Assembly (NCBI GenBank): GCA_016839805.1
Contig: JAEOTO010000022.1
Coordinates: 38,881 to 102,880, forward strand
DNA length: 64,000 bases
Direction of reading: 5' to 3'
Origin: Candidatus Hermodarchaeota archaeon
GTDB lineage: Archaea; Asgardarchaeota; Hermodarchaeia; Hermodarchaeales; Hermodarchaeaceae
The notes under the pieces were generated by a model that worked only from the letters and a program-made list of their open reading frames with translations, had not been told where the DNA came from and made no database searches. This document shows positions 42,234 to 50,538 of this stretch, in pieces. The position numbers were made by a program, and so were the translations under genes. Numbering within the stretch: the stretch's first letter is position 1; each line of letters opens with the position of its first letter.

Positions 42234-43022
42234 GTGATACTATTGGTATCTGAACTTCGGGAAATCTTAGAAAAAGTCGCTCGTGGCGACTATTCAGTCA
42301 AAGAAGCAGAAATGCAACTACGGCTTTTTAACATTGTTGAAGTCGCACGCCTGGCCAAATTAGATGTATCTCGTGAAAAGCGAAAAGGCATTCCTGAAGT
42401 TGTCTTTGCAAGAAACAAGAGCATTTCGGATCTCAAAGAAATAATTGATGCCGGATTACAGGCCAAGCCTGTGCTATTGTTAAGTCAGTTATCGAGTGAG
42501 CAAATTAAAGCTATTAGAAAACATGTTGGAAAGAAATACGACATCAATGTGTATGGAGAGGGGTCCATGATGGTCCTACGTGAACAAGGATATGCACCCA
42601 AATCAACAGGTGGAAAGGTTGGTATCGTCGCAGCAGGAACATCAGATCGCCGTGTGGCGGAGGCTGCGAAAGTTATGGCTCTTCAAATGGGCTGCGAAGT
42701 CCTTGTGGCTTATGATGTAGGCGTAGCTGGTGTCCATCGGCTCTTTCCTGAACTCACTGAGATGATTGAACAAGGGATTGATGTCCTTATTGTTGCAGCT
42801 GGCATGGAAGGAGCTCTCCCCTCGCTAGTAACAGGACTTGTTGATATTCCTGTTATTGGTCTTCCCATTTCTACGGGTTATGGGCTGGGTGGGGAAGGAC
42901 TTGGTGCATTAATTTCAATGTTGCAATCTTGCTCCCTTGGTTTAGCTGTTGTGAACATCGATAACGGAATTGGAGCAGGGGCAATCGCCGCATTGATTGC
43001 AAATCGCATTGCCCAGAAGTAA
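42234..43022 (+). CDS. larB: nickel-pincer cofactor carboxylase/hydrolase LarB
   Basis: GIPEVVF, AGTSD, DVGVAGVHRL, AGMEGALPS, GYG, VVNIDNG. Confidence 0.92.
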   Translation: MILLVSELREILEKVARGDYSVKEAEMQLRLFNIVEVARLAKLDVSREKRKGIPEVVFARNKSISDLKEIIDAGLQAKPVLLLSQLSSEQIKAIRKHVGKKYDINVYGEGSMMVLREQGYAPKSTGGKVGIVAAGTSDRRVAEAAKVMALQMGCEVLVAYDVGVAGVHRLFPELTEMIEQGIDVLIVAAGMEGALPSLVTGLVDIPVIGLPISTGYGLGGEGLGALISMLQSCSLGLAVVNIDNGIGAGAIAALIANRIAQK

Positions 43023-43118
43023 TCAGTGAACATCATGTTCCAGAAAATCGCAAGAAAAATGATTTTTCCGAATAGTTGTGGATAGGCTTTAAGAAGGACC
43101 CAGAGTGCATTCTAATAG

Positions 43119-43233
43119 TACTCCTCTAACCACACTATCCTCTTCTTGAGAGGAACGATGGGGATCGAAAGCAATTCCAGCGGGAAATGAGCTGATTTAC
43201 TAGCTCACAGTAAGCTGTTGAACCAGAGGAGTA
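43119..43233 (+). ncRNA. putative structured 5' leader / cis-regulatory RNA upstream of a small GTPase
   Basis: Closing 9-bp stem TACTCCTCT/AGAGGAGTA enclosing hairpins TCCTCT/AGAGGA, GGGAT-C(GAAA)G-CA-ATTCC and CAGCGG/CTGTTG around TGAGCTG/TAGCTCA; TATA-like TTTAAG at 43088. Confidence 0.45.
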
Positions 43234-43248
43234 AAATGGTGGTCAATC

Positions 43249-43836
43249 ATGGAGCAAGACCCAGTGGGTTGGGTGTCTTCTGGAGATGTAAGTCTGCCCC
43301 GAAAAGCAGTTTTAAAGCTAATTGTGGTTGGGGAGGGCGGGGTTGGTAAGACAACACTAATTCATCGGTACCTCACTGGTAACTATCTGGATCAGCGTAT
43401 GACAGTGGGATCAGGATTTGCCACTCGAGATATCGAAGTTGAGGGTGTGGTTATTACCTTAGCCATCTGGGATTTTGCAGGGGAACAACGGTTCCGTTTT
43501 TTGATGCCTCATTATTGTCGTGGTGCTCTGGGGTGTATCCTGGCTTTTGATCTTACACGACTTACTACCTTCTATCATCTCGATGAATGGCTAAAAATTG
43601 TTCGTGAAAACACTGAGAATATTCCAATTATCCTAGTGGGGACAAAGGCTGATGTTCCATCAACGCAGCGTCAAGATGGTCAGCAATATGCCGAACTTAA
43701 TGGATTGGCTGGCTATCTAGAGACCAGTTCAAAGGATGGCATCAATGTAATTGAAACCTTTAATAATATCGCCAATCTGATGTGGAGTCGATTGACCACC
43801 TCTGAGCCAGTATCCATTGGTGCGTCAACTCCATAG
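43249..43836 (+). CDS. Rab-like small GTPase
   Basis: GEGGVGKT, TVGSGF, WDFAGEQRF, G4 variant TKAD, ETSSK. Confidence 0.93.
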   Translation: MEQDPVGWVSSGDVSLPRKAVLKLIVVGEGGVGKTTLIHRYLTGNYLDQRMTVGSGFATRDIEVEGVVITLAIWDFAGEQRFRFLMPHYCRGALGCILAFDLTRLTTFYHLDEWLKIVRENTENIPIILVGTKADVPSTQRQDGQQYAELNGLAGYLETSSKDGINVIETFNNIANLMWSRLTTSEPVSIGASTP

Positions 43837-43983
43837 CTTTACTCGAGTTATTCAACTAGTTTCTCTTCTTGAATTGGTTTTGTGTATCAAAATAATCTCG
43901 TGGGAGAGAAACACACTTAATTCTCGCTTCAAACTGTTCAAACCCCAACAGAGGGGAAGAATTCAGTATCGAGATGCAATTAC

Positions 43984-45345
43984 ATGACTCAAGCTGATCG
44001 ACCACCGACCAAAGAAGAACTCCTTGAAAAAGCCAAACAACCGGCAAAGGAAGCCATGCAACTCCATCCTTACTATAAGGGAAAAATTCAGACAATCCCC
44101 AAATGTATTATTCGTGGATTCGACGATTTTGCCATCTGGTATACCCCTGGCGTTGCGGCTCCCTGCCGTGATATTCAAGCCAATCCCGAGAAAGTCTGGG
44201 AACACACAAATAAGGGCAATACCATTGCTGTCGTTTCTGATGGTAGCCGTGTCCTTGGGCTTGGTAATATTGGACCTGAAGCTGGGCTTCCGGTGATGGA
44301 GGGAAAGGCGCTTATTTTCAAATATCTTGGTGGTGTTGATGCTATTCCTATTTGCTTAAACACACAAGATCCAGAGAACTTCATCCGAGCCACTAAACTC
44401 TTACAACCAAGTTTTGGTGGCATTAACTTGGAAGATATCTCTAAACCCAAATGCTTCAACATCCTTCATCGTTTGAAAACTGATATGAACATTCCCGTGT
44501 TTCATGATGACCAGCAGGGGACTGCTACGATTATACTCGCTGGACTACTAGGGGCATTACGACATGTTGGTAAAGAATTGGATCAGATAACTATTGCCAT
44601 GCTGGGTGTGGGGGCAGCCAATACTTGTACAGCGGAATTACTCATCGAAGCCGGTGTTCCTGCTGGAAATATAATCCTCTGTGATCGTGATGGTTTGCTC
44701 TATAAGAGTCGGGAAGACTTGAAACAAATGAAAGAAGATGAACACGAGAAATATGATTTGGCAATTCTAACCAACGAAGACCAACGTACTGGAGATTTTG
44801 GTGAAGCCCTTCGAGGCGCTGATGTCTGCATCTCTGCTGCAGCTCCTAAGCCTGGACTCATTAAGAAAGAGTGGGTGAAAACTATGGCTTCAGATGCCAT
44901 CGTGTTTGCTTGTGCGAACCCGCTGCCAGAGATTTGGCCGTGGGAGGCGAAGGAAGCCGGTGCTAGGGTTGTTGGAACGGGACGATCTGATTTTGACAAT
45001 CAAATTAATAATAGCTTGGGTTTTCCGGCGATTTTCCGTGGTGCCTTAGATGTTCGAGCAACGACGATTACTGATGAAATGTGTATCGCGGCTGCACAGG
45101 CTCTCGCAGATATCGCTGAAGAGCGGGGCTTCCGTGATGACTATGTGATTCCCGGCATGGAGGAATGGGAACTATATCCCCGAGAAGCAGTAGCGGTTGG
45201 CATGAAAGCCATCGAACAGGGCGTTGCACGGAAGCAATGGGAAATGGCAGACCTTCTTAAGCATACGACTCAGATTATCAAACGGTCCATTGATGTAACC
45301 CAAGCACTGATGGACAACGGATTTATTCCCAAGGCGCCCGTCTAA
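43984..45345 (+). CDS. NAD(P)-dependent malic enzyme
   Basis: YTPGVA, GLGNIGP, PVMEGK, INLEDI, FHDDQQGTA, ANP.PEI, TGRSD..NQINN. Confidence 0.95.
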   Translation: MTQADRPPTKEELLEKAKQPAKEAMQLHPYYKGKIQTIPKCIIRGFDDFAIWYTPGVAAPCRDIQANPEKVWEHTNKGNTIAVVSDGSRVLGLGNIGPEAGLPVMEGKALIFKYLGGVDAIPICLNTQDPENFIRATKLLQPSFGGINLEDISKPKCFNILHRLKTDMNIPVFHDDQQGTATIILAGLLGALRHVGKELDQITIAMLGVGAANTCTAELLIEAGVPAGNIILCDRDGLLYKSREDLKQMKEDEHEKYDLAILTNEDQRTGDFGEALRGADVCISAAAPKPGLIKKEWVKTMASDAIVFACANPLPEIWPWEAKEAGARVVGTGRSDFDNQINNSLGFPAIFRGALDVRATTITDEMCIAAAQALADIAEERGFRDDYVIPGMEEWELYPREAVAVGMKAIEQGVARKQWEMADLLKHTTQIIKRSIDVTQALMDNGFIPKAPV

Positions 45346-45372
45346 TCGAGGGGCGCTTCATTTCTCTTTTTC
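45331..45372 (+). terminator. hairpin plus U-tract terminator after the malic enzyme gene
   Basis: AAGGCGCCC...GGGCGCTT stem spanning the stop codon, followed by TTTCTCTTTTTC. Confidence 0.6.
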
Positions 45373-45470
45373 TAAACAATTTGCGTGTTTACAAAAGGGC
45401 AAACCTTTAACTGATGAACCATTCACTGACGCAATTGATGTATTTCCCAATCGTTGAGGGGGTTGTCTGA

Positions 45471-46151
45471 ATGACAATTTTAGTCTCAGATTTAGATGGA
45501 ACGCTTCTCGATGTTCGTGACCGATTTGCGCGTTCACAAGTTAAAGTGCTTGCCCGTCTAGGTTATGAAGTGAAGGTAACTCAAGTCTATCCCCTCGTCC
45601 AATATACCATGGATGCCGACAAGTTTCTGGGAGCTTTAGATATCTCGTTATCCAACAGGAAACTCGTGCAATACTATTTGCATATTGAACAAGAATTTTA
45701 CAAGGGTTGGCAGCACTCACATGTATTTCCCGGTGCCATAGAAGCCTTACAATCTATTCGGCCTCGTCTAACTGCTCTTCGGCTCATTACCTCTCGCGCA
45801 TGGATCGAAGAAACTCGACGAGAAGTTAAGGCGTTCGGGCTAGACCAACTTTTTGACCAACACGTGTTCACCCGTGGTGATCTAGCCCGTGCAGAGGGAG
45901 TTGATGAGATACCCTTGTATCCCTATCTAGAACATCGACAACGACTCATCCAACTCTCTATTACCGATATTAAACCCCCAGACAACGTATGGGTGCTGGG
46001 AGATTCTCCCAATGAAATGCGGGCTGCTAAGGGGTTAAATTACATCGCTATTGGTGTCTTAACAGGATTCGCCTCAAAAGCTGATTTAGAACCCATCTGT
46101 GACTATGTAATCAATTCAGTCGCTGATATCACCACACTGATAGAATCCTAG
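45471..46151 (+). CDS. HAD-superfamily hydrolase (tandem paralog 1)
   Basis: DLDGTL, ITSR, LGDS..E. Confidence 0.9.
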   Translation: MTILVSDLDGTLLDVRDRFARSQVKVLARLGYEVKVTQVYPLVQYTMDADKFLGALDISLSNRKLVQYYLHIEQEFYKGWQHSHVFPGAIEALQSIRPRLTALRLITSRAWIEETRREVKAFGLDQLFDQHVFTRGDLARAEGVDEIPLYPYLEHRQRLIQLSITDIKPPDNVWVLGDSPNEMRAAKGLNYIAIGVLTGFASKADLEPICDYVINSVADITTLIES

Positions 46152-46200
46152 ATACTCAGAGTAGCAAAGCCTTTAACAGGCGCCTCGCTGTTGTTCCCTC

Positions 46201-46884
46201 TTGAAGATGACGATAAACGTATTCATATCAGATTTAGATGGAACTCTTATCGATACGCGCGAGAGAGTAATCCAGGCACACGTTGATGGTTTACACGCGA
46301 TTGGCTATCCTGTGGAAGTCACACAAGTTCGGTCTCTGTATCGGTTTACATCCGATGCTCGGGATTTACTCAGTCAGCTAAATCTCCAACTCAATGAGTC
46401 TGAGTTTATCAGATATCTTCGTGGATTTCGAGATTCCTTTTATGCTAACTGGGAACTCTCACAGGTTTTTCCAGGCGCTTTCGAGGCTCTTCAAAAAGTC
46501 CAATCAAAAGTAGAATATATGCGCTTAATTACCTCGCGACAGTATACGGATCAAACCAGCAAGGAAATCCAACGGTTCGGACTACATCGCCTTTTTGATA
46601 AAATCTTCACTCGTGGTGACCTAGCCCATGCAGAAGGGAAAGACAGAATTCCACTTTATCCCTTTGTACCCCACCGTCGACGACTCATCCAACTTGCCTT
46701 ACAAGACATCAAAGTGGATGGTGAAGTCTGGGTTGTAGGCGATTCAATGAATGAGGTCAAGGCCGCCCAGAGCCTAGGCTTAACAGCAATTGGCGTATTA
46801 ACCAGCTATAGCACTAAGGATGATTTAGCACCCTTCGCAAGGCATATAATTAACTCAATTAGTGAAATTGTGCAACTTATCTAA
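46201..46884 (+). CDS. HAD-superfamily hydrolase (tandem paralog 2)
   Basis: DLDGTL, ITSR, VGDS..E; visibly similar to 45471..46151. Confidence 0.9.
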   Translation: MKMTINVFISDLDGTLIDTRERVIQAHVDGLHAIGYPVEVTQVRSLYRFTSDARDLLSQLNLQLNESEFIRYLRGFRDSFYANWELSQVFPGAFEALQKVQSKVEYMRLITSRQYTDQTSKEIQRFGLHRLFDKIFTRGDLAHAEGKDRIPLYPFVPHRRRLIQLALQDIKVDGEVWVVGDSMNEVKAAQSLGLTAIGVLTSYSTKDDLAPFARHIINSISEIVQLI

Positions 46885-46902
46885 CCTGTGTTTATATGGT
46901 AA

Positions 46903-48390
46903 ATGATTATGTCTCCTCCTCCACAGCCCTCTAACCCACAGAGTAACAAATCCATTACTTCACGATTTGACACTCGACAATACCAAGAACACATTCTTCA
47001 ACGAATCAAAGAAAATCGCAATCAAAATATCTTGGTAGAATTAGACTGTGGCCTGGGGAAACGAGTACTCACCTATAAATTGATTACCGAACTTTTTCCA
47101 GACACCCGGTTTATCATCACTGTCAACTCCTCTTCCTCGCTTCAGGAAACCGCACAATATTTGGAAGAAGAGTATGGCGGGGTAGAAGGCCTAGGGGTGC
47201 TCTCACCTAGAGTTCGAGGACCAATTCGAATAAAACTCCTCCGTGAATCTCGGGTTGTTCTATGTACTGCGCGAGTACTAGCCAATATTCTGCGCAAGGG
47301 TGAGTTAACTCCCGACCGCTTCCAAGCATTACTCATTAATGAAGTAGACACAATTCTACGCCGGGTAGGACATAACCAGGTTCTCATTCAACCTTGGAGC
47401 TTTCTCCTCAATTTCTTTAAGGACCGCTGGATTATCGGGTTAAGTGGTACCCTTCGTGACGACCATGTTGTAATTAATGACGCTCAACTCCAAATCCGCA
47501 ATGAACTCCAAAGTCTGGCGGGCTTCATGACTAACGTCGAATTGATCAGCATGGATGAACTCGTTGATACTGACATGGACCAGTACATCAAACCCACAGT
47601 TCTTGACGTAGCACCAGTTCAAGATCCCGTGATCCGTGCCATAGCACTTGTCCTCGATGACCTCATCCAATCAACTCGTGAAGAAATCTATCAAGTGCTT
47701 AAGGAAGAAACTACTGAGCAAGTTGGTGCGCTACCCGAATCCACGCGATTACTACACTTGATGCTCCAGGAACTTCCCATCTCCGAAGAACTCGCCCAAC
47801 AATATAGTGGGTTGTTGATGGTTCGAAAATATCTCTACGGCATGTCAGCCAAGAGTTTTCGCCGTTACCTCTACCATCCTACCATCAAACCTCAAATTGA
47901 TGTCAAGCGGATGCAACAAGATTGGCCCAAAACCACACCGAAATCCATCGAAGCCCAAAACCTTACCCTAAAAGCTGGAAAAACCGTCATTCTCTCCTCT
48001 TACCTCAACGTTGTCAGCGAAATCGATACACTCCTCAAAGAAAAAGGCATTCAAACATTCAAACTTACAGGTCGAACCATGGACAAACAGGCAGTATTAG
48101 CCAAGTTCAAAGAGGTCAAACCACCGGCTGCTGTTATTCTTTCACCTGTGGGTGAAAGAGACCTCGATTTACCTGATACTGATTTGCTCATTATTTGTGA
48201 TACAGTAAATACGACAAAAACGATTTACCAAAAGATGAAACGGAGTCGTGGAGGGCGAGTAGTGTTCCTCGTTTACAGAGACACCTCTGAAGTTGGGAAA
48301 CTCCGTCGCTTAATCGATAACATCATGCAACGGTATCCCTGGTCAACTCAGCTTGGAAATACGTCTGCACTGAATGTGAAATTTAGTTAA
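46903..48390 (+). CDS. divergent SF2 helicase-like protein (Hef/Mph1/FANCM-like)
   Basis: Q-motif RQYQ, motif I variant LDCGLGKR, motif II variant NEVD, motif III LSGT, motif V GERDLDLP, degenerate motif VI QKMKRSRGG. Confidence 0.65.
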   Translation: MIMSPPPQPSNPQSNKSITSRFDTRQYQEHILQRIKENRNQNILVELDCGLGKRVLTYKLITELFPDTRFIITVNSSSSLQETAQYLEEEYGGVEGLGVLSPRVRGPIRIKLLRESRVVLCTARVLANILRKGELTPDRFQALLINEVDTILRRVGHNQVLIQPWSFLLNFFKDRWIIGLSGTLRDDHVVINDAQLQIRNELQSLAGFMTNVELISMDELVDTDMDQYIKPTVLDVAPVQDPVIRAIALVLDDLIQSTREEIYQVLKEETTEQVGALPESTRLLHLMLQELPISEELAQQYSGLLMVRKYLYGMSAKSFRRYLYHPTIKPQIDVKRMQQDWPKTTPKSIEAQNLTLKAGKTVILSSYLNVVSEIDTLLKEKGIQTFKLTGRTMDKQAVLAKFKEVKPPAAVILSPVGERDLDLPDTDLLIICDTVNTTKTIYQKMKRSRGGRVVFLVYRDTSEVGKLRRLIDNIMQRYPWSTQLGNTSALNVKFS

Positions 48391-48399
48391 CACAGAGTC

Positions 48400-48909
48400 T
48401 TATTTTTTTGTCAGAGGTTTGAGCCACTTAAACCACATCACTGCACTCATTGTTGTAAAGAAGAATGCCATTATGAGATTAAGAATAATAACCATGATGA
48501 GTTCATTTAGAAAACCTAGAAGGTCAAAATAAATGGGTAGAACCCTGAAATACCCCAGCATACTAGCAAATTGAAACATCGTAATTGTCATGAATCCAAT
48601 AACATAGATTCCCAAGAGAAGCCATCTCCAGTAATGCGGTTTGTGAACAGGATGGGTACACCCGAAGATAATTTGTATACTGAGCCACATCCCCACGAGA
48701 AAACCTTGGATTAAAAGAAGAATGAATACGGAAAACCAAAACGGACTAGCATACCCCCAATCTATTAGTACGGTTATTTGCCGTGTGATTTCTAAAAGCA
48801 TAGTCATAGTAATAAAAATCGCTACAATCGCAGCTGAGAGAACCAAATATCCAATACGCCAAAAGCGAAGCGTTCCAGGATAGGGTTCTTTAATCTGATT
48901 ATCTACCAT
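48400..48909 (-). CDS. hypothetical 4-TM membrane protein
   Basis: Four hydrophobic segments, no recognised motif. Confidence 0.6.
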   Translation of the reverse strand: MVDNQIKEPYPGTLRFWRIGYLVLSAAIVAIFITMTMLLEITRQITVLIDWGYASPFWFSVFILLLIQGFLVGMWLSIQIIFGCTHPVHKPHYWRWLLLGIYVIGFMTITMFQFASMLGYFRVLPIYFDLLGFLNELIMVIILNLIMAFFFTTMSAVMWFKWLKPLTKK

Positions 48910-49028
48910 TTGGATTCCCTCTCAAGTAACAATTCAATCGAACTAGGAATATCAATTAGATTGAAAATATATGCCTGTAGCACCAGCATTTAACTATTGA
49001 GGATATTGCTCCAAGATGTGACTCGAGT

Positions 49029-49664
49029 ATGCCCCTGCCACAGAATATGCAACCAGACAACAATGATTCAAATTCAAGAAATAATGCGACATCAGAGAAA
49101 CTAACAGTGTATCCGGTGTATGTCTACCGGAGGACTTGTAAGCAAATATTCGATTTCTGCCTTCAAGAGGCAAAACGTAAACCCCCGCGTGAAGCGTTAG
49201 GTGTAATTCTAGGCTTCCGCCGGTCTTGGCAAGGTGAGAATTACATACGGGTCACTGATTGGGCGACAGGACGTGTTGAAGCTAGTATAGCGTATGCTCG
49301 ATTTACCCCAGAGGGTATTTTGGAATATCGCCTTGCATTACATGATCGGTACGGAGCGAATCCACATACCCCGCGGGTTGTTGGCCTCTGGCACTCTCAC
49401 CCTTTTGGTGGAGACCCTCACTTTTCATCTACTGATTTACGGACCTTCTTCAACACTCCCTTTTGTGCCGAAGGCAACGTGTTCTTTCTCATCGATCCCT
49501 TAAGTCGTATCTTCAAAGTTTACATGCTGCGTCCACGACTCGAAGAACCTGGTCTGCAACTCGAACGGGTTGATTGGTGTACGTATCAACCCTCGGTTCC
49601 TTTGGGTGATGCACCGCCAATCGAGGATCAGCTGCACGATGAGGAGCCTGTGGAAGATGAGTAA
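49029..49664 (+). CDS. JAB/MPN+ (JAMM) metalloprotease, putative Ubl-processing/deconjugating enzyme
   Basis: REALGVILG (catalytic Glu) and VGLWHSHP-x7-S-x2-D intact JAMM motif; LIDP. Confidence 0.92.
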   Translation: MPLPQNMQPDNNDSNSRNNATSEKLTVYPVYVYRRTCKQIFDFCLQEAKRKPPREALGVILGFRRSWQGENYIRVTDWATGRVEASIAYARFTPEGILEYRLALHDRYGANPHTPRVVGLWHSHPFGGDPHFSSTDLRTFFNTPFCAEGNVFFLIDPLSRIFKVYMLRPRLEEPGLQLERVDWCTYQPSVPLGDAPPIEDQLHDEEPVEDE

Positions 49665-50523
49665 GAAGAAGCCGACATCTATCGAATTACGGTTTTTTGA
49701 ACGTGACCAACATGATCGTACACGTCGTTGGTTAGGAGCGACTAACCTTGATACTATTCGACAATCCACTGTCCTTATGGTCGGGGCTGGTGCTGTGGGA
49801 AATGAAGTCTGTAAAAACCTAGGGTTGTTGGGTGTTGGGAAAATCATCCTTGTTGATCCTGATAAAGTTGCGGCATCTAATCTGAATCGGTGTGTGTTTT
49901 TCCGACCTGGCGATCATGATATTAAATTCAAAGTGGAGGCTGTAGCTGAGCGATTACCCGAACTCGCTACAACCACGGTGGTGGAACCACATGCGGTGCC
50001 AATCCAACACGCACCTGATACGGTGTGGGACGTGGATTTAGTTATCGTAGGTGTAGACAACCATTATGCCCGATACCTGTTGAATGCTAAGAATCTTAGC
50101 TTAGATCCCCCTCGCCTCATCATTAATGGGGCAATGGGGAAAGACCACATATCAGTAGAAGTCTTGGGTCCACCTCACACAGCCTGCATGATCTGTTCCT
50201 GGAGCAAAGACTTTGTAGACCATGTTGTAGCCAACGAAGTCCGCACTCAGTGCGACCCCTTTTTTGTGGACACAGTACCACGATTTCCCATGGTCAGCTT
50301 TGTGACATCCATCGTAGGCGCTGTCATGGCGTGGGAAGCCACTCGAGTTCTGGTTGGGTTGCAACAATGGCAGAATACTGGTCAATGGCAGCAAGGGCTC
50401 GAACCCGCATTTGGTCGGTTCATCCAATACAATCTTAGTAATCACCAGGCGAGTACTGGACCCATTATGCCCAATCCTCGATGCAGTGAAACCTTCTGCC
50501 GTGACAAACGCAAACACCTCTAA
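49657..50523 (+). CDS. ThiF/MoeB-family E1-like Ubl-activating enzyme
   Basis: VGAGAVG, D.D.V..SNLNR, K..A, GVDN..AR, CMIC, downstream Cys (TQCD, putative catalytic), C-terminal CSETFC; ATG at 49657 overlaps the JAB stop. Confidence 0.92.
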   Translation: MSKKKPTSIELRFFERDQHDRTRRWLGATNLDTIRQSTVLMVGAGAVGNEVCKNLGLLGVGKIILVDPDKVAASNLNRCVFFRPGDHDIKFKVEAVAERLPELATTTVVEPHAVPIQHAPDTVWDVDLVIVGVDNHYARYLLNAKNLSLDPPRLIINGAMGKDHISVEVLGPPHTACMICSWSKDFVDHVVANEVRTQCDPFFVDTVPRFPMVSFVTSIVGAVMAWEATRVLVGLQQWQNTGQWQQGLEPAFGRFIQYNLSNHQASTGPIMPNPRCSETFCRDKRKHL

Positions 50524-50538
50524 CAGACTGAGACAGAT

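Noticed and set aside
43119-43233. 5S rRNA, tRNA or hammerhead ribozyme
   Set aside because: The length is similar to 5S, but no 5S conserved motifs, tRNA T-loop (GTTCRA) cloverleaf or CUGAUGA/GAAA hammerhead core are present.
49570-49656. N-terminal extension of the E1 given by the ORF track
   Set aside because: It overlaps the JAB gene by about 95 bp; ATG at 49657 next to the JAB stop is a more plausible start.
49657-50523. Ordinary MoeB/ThiF for molybdopterin or thiamine synthesis, paired with the MoaD at 18478
   Set aside because: Its neighbours are a JAMM protease, E2 and Ubl rather than moaE/thiG, which favours protein conjugation. A dual role cannot be excluded.
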